A stretch of DNA of 51,460 nucleotides from an uncultured Rikenellaceae bacterium (GCA_964426435.1 CAYRQY010000001.1:1-51460), one strand, 5' to 3'. Shown: positions 1 through 9,332, counted from the stretch's first letter. A program made the numbers and translations. Notes: generated by a model not told the origin, from the letters alone.

Positions 1-388
1 CCATCTCGAGGGCTTTAGCTCCTTTGGTGGCGCCCCCGTCCCAGATCACCTGGTTTATATCGACGGTGAACCGGTACTGTTCGTGGGGAAGGGGCTTAAT
101 CATGTCTGCAAGACCGGGTATCGGCGACGATTCGAATACACCTTTCAGGTTAACCACGTCGGAATTGTATATCAGGCTTGCTCCTGCATTCAGATCAGGC
201 AGCCGGTTTTTTGAGAGATTGCTTAACCTTATGTCTGAAATATCCGATAAAGCCTCTTTCTCCCCGGCAAGTGCACTGGCCCTGCCTGCCATATCGTAAC
301 AATCCCTCAGAGTAAGGGCTTTCTGCGGGAAACTATCAGATAAGCTTATTATCAGAAGAAGGATTAATCCGGGTAATCTTTTTCTCAT
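1..388 (-). CDS. TolC-family outer-membrane efflux protein, N-terminal fragment (continues past the left edge of the window)
   Basis: Absent from the ORF track because no stop lies in the window. My reverse-strand translation from the ATG at 388 gives MRKRLPGLILLLIISLSDSFPQKALTLRDCYDMAGRASALAGEKEAL... This is a signal peptide followed by the LTLxDC opening typical of TolC/OprM-type proteins. It lies directly downstream of a TetR gene on the same strand. Confidence 0.6.
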   Translation of the reverse strand, partial: MRKRLPGLILLLIISLSDSFPQKALTLRDCYDMAGRASALAGEKEALSDISDIRLSNLSKNRLPDLNAGASLIYNSDVVNLKGVFESSPIPGLADMIKPLPHEQYRFTVDINQVIWDGGATKGAKALEM

Positions 389-437
389 GTTCATATATTT
401 TCTTTCAATCGTTCAGTACGGTAGAACAGCATTTATG

Positions 438-1049
438 CTATTTCCTGAGGGCCCTGATCACGAAATCAGCGGCAAACTCTTTTCTCTGATCAATATATTT
501 ATTGAAGTCAAGGTCAACTTTTTCGAACAATACCTCCAGGATATTTCTTGCGGCGAAGGGGAAAATGCTTAATGCAGCCATCGATGTCATTATCTGGGGA
601 AGTGTGTCAGGAGTAATGTTATACCTTTTCATCTCATCGCCGTGCTTCTCGATCAGTGTTGACCAGATTGCACCTGCGTTCATTTTTCCGACAAGCTTCC
701 TTATTCTTTCAGGGTTTCGGTTAACCTCACCGAGGATAAAAGCCGGAAGCCGCGGATTCTGCTGAAGGAAGGCTATGTGCTCCCGGAAGAAGAATCTTAC
801 CTTTTCTTCGAGGTTCAGCTTCTCGTCGAAGACCGGAGCCAGTTTCCCAAGCATTATTTCAGCAATCTGTTCAAACACCGCATCGAAAAGCCTTTCCTTG
901 GTCCGGAAATAATAATGAAGAAGAGCCTTGTTGATCCCGGCGAGTTCGGCGATCTCTTTCATCCGGGCGCCATCCTTTCCCTTCCTGATGAATACCTCCT
1001 TGGCCGCTTCAAATATCTTCTCCTCTGTCTGTTTCTCCTGGATCGTCAT
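438..1049 (-). CDS. TetR/AcrR family transcriptional regulator
   Basis: 203-aa ORF. The N-terminal HTH (AAKEVFIRKGKDGARMKEIAELAGINKALLHYYFRTKE) matches the TetR signature. It sits upstream of the TolC-like gene in the usual efflux-operon layout. Confidence 0.85.
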   Translation of the reverse strand: MTIQEKQTEEKIFEAAKEVFIRKGKDGARMKEIAELAGINKALLHYYFRTKERLFDAVFEQIAEIMLGKLAPVFDEKLNLEEKVRFFFREHIAFLQQNPRLPAFILGEVNRNPERIRKLVGKMNAGAIWSTLIEKHGDEMKRYNITPDTLPQIMTSMAALSIFPFAARNILEVLFEKVDLDFNKYIDQRKEFAADFVIRALRK

Positions 1050-1107
1050 AGATAGTTGACCATTAGATTTAACTGGAAAGATTAAATAAGTAGTTTAACC
1101 AAAGAGT

Positions 1108-1115
1108 CAAAAATA
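1108..1115 (-). promoter_or_regulatory. Candidate Bacteroidota -7 promoter box (TATTTTTG on minus strand) for the tetR-tolC operon
   Basis: The plus strand reads CAAAAATA, the reverse complement of the TAnnTTTG consensus. It lies about 60 nt upstream of the tetR ATG at 1049. Confidence 0.3.
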
Positions 1116-1407
1116 ATATAATTCTTTTTATTTTCAAATTTTTTTTTGGAAAAATAGATACTGACCCGGATGCTGAGACCTGGTGAAGAGTGTTGAAATT
1201 ACCACTTGACTCATGAAAGGAGTGTGTAAACATCGGATAATCAATAAGTCTGAACTTCAAACCATCGGGTGGTTGGCAAACTTGACAAAATGATGTAAAT
1301 TCGGAGGGACGAATTATTGTCTTACGGATCGATCATGTCTCTCGAAGGATTTGATTTGCAGGCGATTCAGAAGCAATGAACCAACTGACTAACCAAAATA
1401 AAATGAT

Positions 1408-2604
1408 ATGGCGAAATTAGCGATGCTTGGCGCCGGTTTCATCGGCGATTTTTACACCTACGGGCTTCACGGGCTGAGAAGCCGCGATAAGGTACATATA
1501 ATATATTCAAGGGATGATTCACGCGGCAAAGCCTTTGCGATGAAACACGGGATACCGAAGTGGACAACCTCCATGAAGGCCGCAGTTGAGGACCCGGAGG
1601 TTGATGCGGTGGTTATAGGACTTCCGAATAATCTTCATCTCGAGGCAGTTAAGCTTGCCGCCGCAGCCCGCAAGCCTGTTCTTTGCACCAAGCCACTGGG
1701 CCGTAACGGAGAAGAGGCCTACACGATGCTGGAGGCAGTTGAAAAGGCCGGCTTATTCAACGGCTATCTCGAAGATCTTGTGTACACGCCGAAGACGCTC
1801 AAGGCAATTGAGTCGGTACAGGCAGGTACGCTTGGACAGGTAACATGGGTGCGGTCGAGGGAGACTCATCCGGGCCCGCACAGCAATTGGTTCTGGACCA
1901 AGGAGATCTCAGGTGGCGGCGTTTTACTTGATATGGGTTGTCACTGCATTGAGATAGCAAGGAATTATATTGGGAAGGATATCCGCCCGGTAGAAGTGAT
2001 TGCTGTGGCAGATACCCTTGTGAAGCCTATTGAAGCCGAAGATAATGCTCTCGGATGGGTGAGGTATGAGAACGGGGCCATAGGGCAGTTTGAGGTTAGC
2101 TGGACATTCCGGGGCGGGATGGATCTGCGCGATGAGGTGATGGGTACTGAAGGCACGATATGGGTAAACAATTTCCTCAGGACAGGTTTTGAAATGTTCA
2201 CAGCAGGGGGGAAGAAAGGATATGTGGCGGAGAAGGCGGAAACAGAATCCGGCTGGATATTCCCGGTGGGTGATGAGATTGCGGAACTCGGCTATTTCAG
2301 TATGTTTACCGATATGTTCAATGCACTTGACTCGAAAGCCTCACCGATGGAGACCTTTTACGACGGTTATGTAGTTAATGAGATAATGGACGCGTGCTAC
2401 CGCTCTGCAAAGTCGAAGAGATGGGAGCCCGTGAAACTCAGGACCTGGAGAGGGAAAGAGAAAGCCGAAGCCATATCGGCCATACGTGATTACGACAATG
2501 ATCACCTCTTCGTGAAGGAGGAGAGAATGCCCGACGGTTCGGTTAAGCTGATACTGAAGGAAAAAAAGACAGGAAAGATCATACAGAAAATCCAAACAAG
2601 GTAG
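1408..2604 (+). CDS. Gfo/Idh/MocA family NAD(P)-dependent oxidoreductase
   Basis: 398-aa ORF with an N-terminal Rossmann motif ([10 protein letters not shown]), [16 protein letters not shown] and a CTKPL (EKP-like) motif characteristic of the family. No signal peptide. Confidence 0.85.
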   Translation: MAKLAMLGAGFIGDFYTYGLHGLRSRDKVHIIYSRDDSRGKAFAMKHGIPKWTTSMKAAVEDPEVDAVVIGLPNNLHLEAVKLAAAARKPVLCTKPLGRNGEEAYTMLEAVEKAGLFNGYLEDLVYTPKTLKAIESVQAGTLGQVTWVRSRETHPGPHSNWFWTKEISGGGVLLDMGCHCIEIARNYIGKDIRPVEVIAVADTLVKPIEAEDNALGWVRYENGAIGQFEVSWTFRGGMDLRDEVMGTEGTIWVNNFLRTGFEMFTAGGKKGYVAEKAETESGWIFPVGDEIAELGYFSMFTDMFNALDSKASPMETFYDGYVVNEIMDACYRSAKSKRWEPVKLRTWRGKEKAEAISAIRDYDNDHLFVKEERMPDGSVKLILKEKKTGKIIQKIQTR

Positions 2605-2605
2605 T

Positions 2606-2630
2606 AGAGACGCCCATCTTGGGCGTCTCT
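2606..2630 (+). terminator. Stem-loop immediately after the oxidoreductase stop (possible terminator)
   Basis: 10-bp perfect stem AGAGACGCCC / GGGCGTCTCT with a 5-nt loop, starting 2 nt after the stop codon. No clean T-tract follows, so the function is tentative. Confidence 0.4.
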
Positions 2631-2671
2631 GCCACTTTATTAGGTATGTCACTGAATTATAATATGATATT

Positions 2672-3514
2672 ATGAGAAGAACGATGATAATTTCAGGCAT
2701 TGGAGGTACAATGCTTCTCGGATTTTCCGCAATGCTCAGGATCCTGCATCTGCCCCTTTCGGGTACGCTTTTTACGGTGGGAGCCTTGCTCCTTGCGCTC
2801 ATATTTCTGCCTGCCGCTGTTGTCGTGTTTATGAAAGAGGGAAAGAGTGTGAGTATAAAATTCATATTCCTGGTATTAGCAATACCTGGCTTGTTAATGG
2901 GATTTGCACTGTTTTTTCCAGGCAATAAAAGTGAATACGTAAAGGGATTCTATGAGCAGCAGTATCAGCAGGAGGCTCTTCTGAATTACCAGAGGGACAG
3001 GAATACTGCTGAAGCCATGGTCCATCAGTACATGTTTTCATACAGGGATATTAACGAAATCCACAGAAGGACCAGTAACCTTATGGCTATAGTCACCAGT
3101 ATTGAGATTGAAATGGTAAAGACGGCGGAAGGGACTCCCGGAAATCCGCTGCAGGATCCGCCGCAGCTCACCGGATCGGGAGTTGCGACAGGTATCAGCT
3201 ACAGAGACCTTTCAAATCCCTTTTCAACTTTCCCGCCTGAACAGATCCTGAATCCGGGCACGGTAAAACGCGAAGAACTGGACAAGGCGATGGAAACTTA
3301 TACGGGATTCCTGGAAGGAATTCTCGGAACAGAAGGTATGGAGATCATAGGGCCGTTGCTTAATCACTCCTCTTTGCTGCCCGGCGGTAAAGACGGGAAA
3401 GGCAATGTTGCTCTGATGCCGGCCCTGCATGCCGTAACGGTACTGAAAAACCGTATCCTGCTCGCAGAGATAGCATCGGTAAAGATGCTTTTAATACCTC
3501 AGGAATCAGAATAA
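2672..3514 (+). CDS. Membrane protein with GldL-like N-terminal TM domain, paralog 1 (function unknown)
   Basis: 280-aa ORF with about 4 N-terminal TM helices containing LRILHLPLSG (compare the FKITHFxxGP motif of the GldL N-terminus). A ~190-aa soluble region follows with no motif I recognise. The stop is 1 nt from the next ATG. Confidence 0.6.
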   Translation: MRRTMIISGIGGTMLLGFSAMLRILHLPLSGTLFTVGALLLALIFLPAAVVVFMKEGKSVSIKFIFLVLAIPGLLMGFALFFPGNKSEYVKGFYEQQYQQEALLNYQRDRNTAEAMVHQYMFSYRDINEIHRRTSNLMAIVTSIEIEMVKTAEGTPGNPLQDPPQLTGSGVATGISYRDLSNPFSTFPPEQILNPGTVKREELDKAMETYTGFLEGILGTEGMEIIGPLLNHSSLLPGGKDGKGNVALMPALHAVTVLKNRILLAEIASVKMLLIPQESE

Positions 3515-3515
3515 A

Positions 3516-4340
3516 ATGAACGATATGAAGAAAAACTTATATATCCCCGGAGCAGCAGCGGTACTTATAACCACAACGGGTGTGCTGTTTAAGATCAATC
3601 ATTTACCGGGCGCGTCAATAATATTGACAACAGGTATTGCATTACTGGTAATACTCTTCCTTCCCCTCGCGCTTTCGGACCATTTCAGGGTATCCGGAAA
3701 CAGAAAAACCCTGCCTCTCTACATTGTTGCCTGGATGCTATGCCTGTTGGTTTTTGCAGCAATCCTCTTCAAAATAGTGCAGGGGCCGCGAACGGATCAG
3801 TCCTCAGCGAGCCGGATTAATGATGCTCTGGTTCTTTCGCATCATTATAAGGATTTCGACAGGTCGCTTGCCAGGGTGGATGAATTCTTTACAATTGAGA
3901 CCGGTTCGCCGGAATACCGCAGGCTCCTTATGACCATTGACAGTACACTTAAGCTTATTGATGAATGCAGGGAGAAGCTGCTTGACAATGCGGGATTTTC
4001 CGTTGAGCAGTGGAATCTGTTTCCGGTTGCTTCAGCCAGCCTCGATTCAAGGGAGGCTGTCAGGAAGGTAATGTTTTCCGGGGCCAGGCCTCTAAGGATT
4101 GATCAGCTTCAAGGGAACCTGGAAGTCATACTGGAATCGTTCAGTCAGGTAACCGTATTGGGCGATCTGTCCCGCGTTGCTCCCATTCTCCTTAAGTTTG
4201 GCGGGCCGGGACACTCAGCGATGAAATGGCGCTCGGAAATGTTCTCCGAAAACCACCTTTCGTGGGTACTGGTTTACCTCGAAAGCCTGAAGGTCAATCT
4301 TAAGATGTTAAGACTGAATGCGACGCTGAAATCATACTGA
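3516..4340 (+). CDS. Membrane protein with GldL-like N-terminal TM domain, paralog 2 (function unknown)
   Basis: 274-aa ORF. The N-terminal TM helices carry GVLFKINHLPGAS and a second degenerate copy, AAILFKIVQGP. A helical soluble domain follows. The architecture matches the upstream gene. Confidence 0.6.
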   Translation: MNDMKKNLYIPGAAAVLITTTGVLFKINHLPGASIILTTGIALLVILFLPLALSDHFRVSGNRKTLPLYIVAWMLCLLVFAAILFKIVQGPRTDQSSASRINDALVLSHHYKDFDRSLARVDEFFTIETGSPEYRRLLMTIDSTLKLIDECREKLLDNAGFSVEQWNLFPVASASLDSREAVRKVMFSGARPLRIDQLQGNLEVILESFSQVTVLGDLSRVAPILLKFGGPGHSAMKWRSEMFSENHLSWVLVYLESLKVNLKMLRLNATLKSY

Positions 4341-4375
4341 CACTTTCTGCGGTTGCCGGTTCTCCTGCAGGAACC

Positions 4376-6286
4376 TTATTTTACCGGTACCAGGTGCATG
4401 GCAAATCCGTTATTTGCTGCAAGGATTGCAGGATAACGGGTGTTTCTTTCAAACTCCAGCCTGTCGATTCTAACGTGAGTGCGGGTCCCCATCGATGGAT
4501 CGTCGGAGTAGACCGATGCAATGTAATTCACCCCTGGCGACAGGAAGGAGAAATTGATATCAATTGTTACCGGTTCCTCTCCGTTTATTCCGCCGATGAA
4601 CCACTCCTCTCCCTTCCGGCGGGCAATAACTCCGTATTCTCCGATCCTGGCATGGAGGACTTTTGTTTCGTCCCAGACAGTAGGCACGTTATCGAAGAAC
4701 TCAAGTTCGGGCTCATTGCCAATATAGTTTGTTGTGCCCCACAGTCCATCCTTTTTGTCCGGAGCGTCTGCTACCTTATCATACCAGTAAAGGAACTGGA
4801 GGGGTGAGAAGATGCAGACCGCCTTTGCAAGCTGTGAGGCATGTGATCCCATTTTATTCTGCACCCTCTCGTTAAAATAGCAGATTGTGTTATCGCCGGC
4901 ACCTGCAAGCATCCTGGTAAACATTGTAATGAGTGTGTGTTTATTGGGAGGGCTCTCCTCATCGCCCCGTATCCCCTCCTGAGTCAGCAGGTTAGGGTAA
5001 GTTCTTGAGAAGCCTGTCGGCCTGTATTCATCATGGATGTCGACAACCATCCTGTATTCTGCAGCTTTCCTGACAGATTCATGCAGCCAGCGGGTTACCT
5101 CCTGAGAGCCAACCTGAACGAAACCGAATTTGATGCCGGAGACCCCCCATTCCCTGTAGAGGGGCAGCAGGTCGTCGAGCTGTCTCTCAAGGGCTCTCCT
5201 GTTTACATAAAGCAAGACCTTTATTCCTTTTGAGTCTGCATAACTTATTATTTCCTTCAGGTCAAGGGGTCCTTTCGACCTGGCAGGGTCAAGTGTGACG
5301 GTAGTCGCATCTGATTCTTCATTGTTCTCGGGACCATACCAGCCCGCATCGAACTCAACATACTGCATGTTATGCGACGAGGTGAAATCGATACAGGCTT
5401 TTGCACCGGCCGTGGTAAGAGTTACTTCTCTGAGGGCTTTGCCCGGTGTGATCCACGAAACATCTTCAATTTCACACGGGTCGTTCAGATTCTTGATGAT
5501 ATAATTCTTTTCAAGGAGATCTCCCGGCCCTTTGCCTGCCATGACAACCCTCCAGGGACTTGTGAAAGGAAGAGCTTTCCGGACGGGGCTGTCGAGGAAA
5601 GATACGACGGAGGTTGTTCCGGCTGTGTCGGGATTGAACTTCATCCTTGCGAAATCGACCAGGCTGGCTTCTGCAATGGCTACGGTAAAGGAGTCGTCGA
5701 ATTCAACCACCAGCGGACGTTCACAACCCTTTACAATCCCTGTGAGAGGAACCCTGGAATATTGTGCCTGTGCGCGTGCCGCCGACCAGGCAGGGTAATC
5801 TCCGGGGAACCTGAAAAGAATATTCTCACTCGCAACAACAGCGGAATCTGAGTCCGGGGTTCCCGGTATCTCCCATGCAAATGCAGCTCCCTCATCATAT
5901 ACACGACAAATAACATTGATTCTCGAACCTCCTGACCTGAGATACAGTTTCGTCATGTTATAATTGTCGGGCACCTCCCTTCTTTCACCGAAATCATTTA
6001 TCCAGGTATTCCTGACCGATTCCGTTTCACGCCTTACGATCTTAAAGTCACCGGACAGGTCCAATGCAGGGGAGTTGATCATAACCGGGGAGGGTTCAAG
6101 AACCTCTCTGCCCCATGCGGCGACCGAGAATCGGAAGATACCCCTGTTGTCACCATCACTTTTTGTAGTTATTTGCATCCTGATACTCCCGTCGGGGGAT
6201 TCAATATCAGCGGTATATATTCCTGCGCAGCCCGACAGAGCTGTAATTAGGAAGAAAATAATGGCTCTTATAAGGATCTTTTCCAT
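4376..6286 (-). CDS. Glycoside hydrolase family 97 (SusB-like alpha-glucosidase/alpha-galactosidase), lipoprotein
   Basis: 636-aa ORF with a lipoprotein signal (LITALSGCAG). The blocks GVSGIKFGFVQVG and VVDIHDEYRPTGFSRTYPNLLTQEGIRGDEE are typical of the GH97 catalytic barrel. Confidence 0.85.
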   Translation of the reverse strand: MEKILIRAIIFFLITALSGCAGIYTADIESPDGSIRMQITTKSDGDNRGIFRFSVAAWGREVLEPSPVMINSPALDLSGDFKIVRRETESVRNTWINDFGERREVPDNYNMTKLYLRSGGSRINVICRVYDEGAAFAWEIPGTPDSDSAVVASENILFRFPGDYPAWSAARAQAQYSRVPLTGIVKGCERPLVVEFDDSFTVAIAEASLVDFARMKFNPDTAGTTSVVSFLDSPVRKALPFTSPWRVVMAGKGPGDLLEKNYIIKNLNDPCEIEDVSWITPGKALREVTLTTAGAKACIDFTSSHNMQYVEFDAGWYGPENNEESDATTVTLDPARSKGPLDLKEIISYADSKGIKVLLYVNRRALERQLDDLLPLYREWGVSGIKFGFVQVGSQEVTRWLHESVRKAAEYRMVVDIHDEYRPTGFSRTYPNLLTQEGIRGDEESPPNKHTLITMFTRMLAGAGDNTICYFNERVQNKMGSHASQLAKAVCIFSPLQFLYWYDKVADAPDKKDGLWGTTNYIGNEPELEFFDNVPTVWDETKVLHARIGEYGVIARRKGEEWFIGGINGEEPVTIDINFSFLSPGVNYIASVYSDDPSMGTRTHVRIDRLEFERNTRYPAILAANNGFAMHLVPVK

Positions 6287-6367
6287 AATTAATCGTCTTC
6301 AATGAATTACACCTGAAAAATATGGCTCTGTCAGAATCTCAAAACAGTCTGCCTTCCGGATGAGATA

Positions 6368-8020
6368 TTAATTCAGGAAAAGCTTAATATCATCTTCAAC
6401 CGTACCGATACCTGCTATACCGAATTTCCCGACAAGCACCTTCGCTACGTTTGGCGAAAGGAATCCGGGAAGGGTAGGCCCAAGGTGAATATTCTTCACT
6501 CCAAGAAATAACAGCGCAAGGAGTACGATAACAGCCTTCTGCTCGTACCATGCTATATTATATGCTATCGGCAGGTCGTTGATATCATCGAGACCGAAAA
6601 CTTCCTTCAGCTTGAGTGCTATAACGGCAAGTGAGTATGAGTCGTTGCACTGACCAGCATCAAGCACCCGCGGGATGCCGTTGATATCGCCAAGGCCTAG
6701 CTTGTTGTAACGGTATTTTGCGCATCCTGCCGTAAGGATAACTGTATCTTCGGGAAGAGCCTGTGCAAACTCGGTGTAATAGTTTCTGTCTTTAAACCGT
6801 CCGTCGCATCCGGCCATTACGAAGAACTTCCTGATTGCACCCGACTTGACTGCTTCAACAACCTTGTCGGCAAGTGAAATCACCTGGTTATGGGCGAAAC
6901 CTCCTGTTATTTCACCTTTCTCTATTTCAACCGGAGGTTCACATTTCTTTGCATGCTCAATTATTTCGGAAAAGTCTTTCCGTCCGCCTTCCGGCCTGTC
7001 GGGAATATGCCTGAATCCCGTGAATCCTGCAGCACCTGTTGTGTAAACCTTATCCGAATATGAAGCTCCTGACTTTGGAGGAACGATGCAGTTGGTGGTA
7101 AAAAGGACCGGACCCCTGAAAGTTTCGAATTCCTCTTTCTGTCTCCACCACGAACTGCCGTAATTACCCACAAAATGGCAATATTTCTTGAAAGCAGGAT
7201 AATAATTGGCCGGCAGCATTTCGCTGTGGGTGTAAACATCCACACCGGTGCCCTCAGTCTGGATAAGAAGGTCCTCCATATCTCTCAGGTCGTGTCCGCT
7301 TATAAGTATCCCGGGGTTGTTCCGCACTCCGATATTGACTTTTGTGATTTCCGGATTTCCGTATGTTGAGGTGTTCGCTTTATCGAGAAGGGCCATGGCT
7401 GTAACACCGAACCGGCCTGTTTCCCTAACCAGTGAAACAAGCTGATCGGCCGTGAGGGAATCGTCAGTTGTGGCAACCAGGGCATCCTGCATGAATTTGT
7501 AGATCGATTTATCCTCAAAACCCAGATTATAGGCATGCTCCGTATATGCTGCCATGCCTTTCACCCCGTAGATCACAAGTTCGCGGAGCGACCTTATATC
7601 TTCATTTTCGGTCGAAAGAACGCCCACTGAGTTGTTCTTCTGTTCGAATTCTTCAACTGTATCACCCTTCCAGGTGGCAGAGTCGTGCAGATTTGACGGC
7701 ACATGGCCTCCTGCCTTCAATAACTGTTCCCTGATCTCATCTCTAAGTCTGAGCCCTTTACGGATCTTTACAACAAACCGGTCGAAATCGAAATTTGCAT
7801 TCGTGATTGTCATAAACAACCCGTCGACTAAGAATTTGTTAACTTTCTCATTCTCTATTCCCAGTTCCCTGGCGCGGGTGCTGAACAGACTTATCCCCTT
7901 GATTACATAAACGAGAAGATCCTGCATATTTGCTACCTCCGGTTTTTTACCGCATACACCTACAACGGTGCACCCGGTACATTTTGCTGTCTCCTGACAC
8001 TGATAACAAAACATATTCAT
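6368..8020 (-). CDS. hcp: Hybrid-cluster protein / hydroxylamine reductase
   Basis: 550-aa ORF with the N-terminal Cys cluster [23 protein letters not shown]. Length and downstream blocks are typical of Hcp. The start could be the ATG at 8020 or at 8014. Confidence 0.95.
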   Translation of the reverse strand: MNMFCYQCQETAKCTGCTVVGVCGKKPEVANMQDLLVYVIKGISLFSTRARELGIENEKVNKFLVDGLFMTITNANFDFDRFVVKIRKGLRLRDEIREQLLKAGGHVPSNLHDSATWKGDTVEEFEQKNNSVGVLSTENEDIRSLRELVIYGVKGMAAYTEHAYNLGFEDKSIYKFMQDALVATTDDSLTADQLVSLVRETGRFGVTAMALLDKANTSTYGNPEITKVNIGVRNNPGILISGHDLRDMEDLLIQTEGTGVDVYTHSEMLPANYYPAFKKYCHFVGNYGSSWWRQKEEFETFRGPVLFTTNCIVPPKSGASYSDKVYTTGAAGFTGFRHIPDRPEGGRKDFSEIIEHAKKCEPPVEIEKGEITGGFAHNQVISLADKVVEAVKSGAIRKFFVMAGCDGRFKDRNYYTEFAQALPEDTVILTAGCAKYRYNKLGLGDINGIPRVLDAGQCNDSYSLAVIALKLKEVFGLDDINDLPIAYNIAWYEQKAVIVLLALLFLGVKNIHLGPTLPGFLSPNVAKVLVGKFGIAGIGTVEDDIKLFLN

Positions 8021-8105
8021 AAAATTGGCTTTATTGATTATTAACTATTATTATCCTTATTTTCTTTTTCCGAATTATTACGATGGCCTCTGAAATCTGA
8101 GAACA

Positions 8106-8113
8106 CAAAATTA
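8106..8113 (-). promoter_or_regulatory. Candidate -7 promoter box (TAATTTTG on minus strand) for hcp
   Basis: The plus strand reads CAAAATTA, the reverse complement of TAnnTTTG. It lies about 86 nt upstream of the hcp ATG and about 35-40 nt downstream of the centre of the 16-bp palindrome. Confidence 0.4.
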
Positions 8114-8135
8114 AGAATTTTAAATATATTGAATT

Positions 8136-8151
8136 TGTAACAATTGTTACA
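8136..8151. promoter_or_regulatory. Perfect 16-bp palindrome TGTAACAATTGTTACA: Crp/Fnr-family (HcpR-like) operator candidate
   Basis: I read the sequence directly and it is exactly self-complementary. It has the TGTAAC-N4-GTTACA half-site geometry of Crp/Fnr-type sites and lies 116-131 nt upstream of the hcp start in the hcp/porin divergent intergenic region. Confidence 0.55.
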
Positions 8152-8260
8152 GGATGAATTGATCAATCTATTTAACGGCACTGTCTGGAGTAGCTATTGG
8201 CAGAATACTCTTGATTCTGGTAAAATAATATAAAAATATCTCACCACCCCTGTTCAGACA

Positions 8261-8322
8261 GGGGTATATTAAATAAAAAGTATATAAATTCAATATAAAT
8301 ATAAAGAATAAGGGGGGTGTAT
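8261..8322 (+). promoter_or_regulatory. Upstream module copy A (GGGGTATA ... AAAAAGTATATA ... CAATATA ... GGGGTGTA) in front of the porin gene
   Basis: A ~60-bp stretch that is colinear with 9180..9239 upstream of amtB, at roughly 75 percent identity by eye. Shared 12-mer AAAAAGTATATA, shared CAATATA, and shared terminal GGGGTGTA. The G-rich boxes are 53 nt apart here and 52 nt apart in copy B. Confidence 0.45.
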
Positions 8323-8356
8323 TTAAATAATAGTAGAAAATCAGTAAAAATTATAA

Positions 8357-8364
8357 TATATTTG
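8357..8364 (+). promoter_or_regulatory. Candidate -7 promoter box TATATTTG for the porin gene
   Basis: Exact TAnnTTTG match 61 nt upstream of the ATG at 8425. Confidence 0.4.
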
Positions 8365-8424
8365 CTGCCTTAAATTAAATCTGTTTAATTCATAACAGAA
8401 TTGTATAAATTAAGAAGGATATAT

Positions 8425-9117
8425 ATGAATAAGTTAAAACTTGCTTTCGGTTTCTGTTTGACTCTGTTTTCTGCAATTTCCTCTCACGGATTATTATCAC
8501 AGGAAGTCACTGCTCCCAGGTGGAATCCGGGCATCGATCTTGTCAGCAGCTATGCGTGGAGAGGGTCAATAATAGGATCAGGTCCGGCGGTACAGCCCCA
8601 GCTGGAGGTTTCATCAGGAAATTTTACGGCGGGTGCATGGGGATCCTTTGACTTCAACGGATTTGCCGAAACGGATCTATATTTCTTGTTTAATATCACG
8701 CCCTCTTTTTATGCAGGAATAACCGATTATTATTATCCTGACCTTCCTTTATTTAATTATACAGTAGAGTCTGGTTCGCATGCTTTTGAGCTGAACCTTG
8801 GCTTTTCGCCCGGAAATTTCAGTTTCCAGGCCAATTACGTTTTTAACAAGGCCGGAGGTGTGGGGTCTGCAGGAGGCGATAAATATCTTGAAGCGGGTTA
8901 CGGATTCGGAGCTGTAACTCTCTTCGCAGGGGCAGGCGACGGATGGCATACCTTCGATCCTGAATCGGGCAAAGGGAAGTTTAAGGTATGCAACATTGGA
9001 ATAGAAGCAGTTAAGATTTTGAAATTGACCGGAACCTTTGAACTGCCATTGAAAGCACAGCTGATATTTAATCCCGATCAGGAAAGACTCTTCATTGTTG
9101 CAGGGATAACTTTCTGA
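8425..9117 (+). CDS. Outer-membrane beta-barrel protein, TorF/Gcw_chp-like putative porin
   Basis: The track ORF starts at TTG 8401. I prefer ATG 8425 (MNKLKLAFGFCLTLFSAISSHG signal peptide). DLVSSYAWRGSIIGSGPAVQPQLEVSSGNFTAGAWGS resembles the Y-x-x-RG ... PA-x-Q ... G-x-W-x-S pattern of TorF-family porins. The sequence has an alternating beta-strand character and ends in F. Confidence 0.65.
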   Translation: MNKLKLAFGFCLTLFSAISSHGLLSQEVTAPRWNPGIDLVSSYAWRGSIIGSGPAVQPQLEVSSGNFTAGAWGSFDFNGFAETDLYFLFNITPSFYAGITDYYYPDLPLFNYTVESGSHAFELNLGFSPGNFSFQANYVFNKAGGVGSAGGDKYLEAGYGFGAVTLFAGAGDGWHTFDPESGKGKFKVCNIGIEAVKILKLTGTFELPLKAQLIFNPDQERLFIVAGITF

Positions 9118-9179
9118 CAATTATTTCATCCTAATCTGTCAAGAAACATATAATTCTTCAGGTACCCCTATTATTAGCA

Positions 9180-9239
9180 GGGCTACAATAGAAAAAAGTA
9201 TATAATAAATGCAATATACCTATAAAAAATAGGGGTGTA
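9180..9239 (+). promoter_or_regulatory. Upstream module copy B in front of amtB
   Basis: GGGCTACAATAGAAAAAAGTATATAATAAATGCAATATACCTATAAAAAATAGGGGTGTA, colinear with 8261..8322. Confidence 0.45.
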
Positions 9240-9284
9240 AATAAAAAATAATATAATATATTTTGTAATAACCCTTGAAAAGTA

Positions 9285-9292
9285 TATGTTTG
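9285..9292 (+). promoter_or_regulatory. Candidate -7 promoter box TATGTTTG for amtB-glnK
   Basis: Exact TAnnTTTG match 41 nt upstream of the amtB ATG. A near-match, TATATTTTG, also exists at 9257..9265. The box overlaps a third copy of AAAAGTATAT. Confidence 0.35.
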
Positions 9293-9332
9293 TGCTCTTA
9301 AAATATCAGGTTTAACAATAATTGACTATTTT

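Noticed and set aside
24-299. 91-aa plus-strand ORF at the left edge
   Set aside because: It is antisense to the TolC-like N-terminal fragment, which has a signal peptide and family-typical opening, and it has no recognisable features.
9286-9315. 9-codon upstream ORF (MFVLLKYQV) in the amtB leader
   Set aside because: Its ATG lies inside an exact TAnnTTTG -7 box (9285..9292). If that box is the promoter, the uORF is not transcribed. I could not assess conservation.
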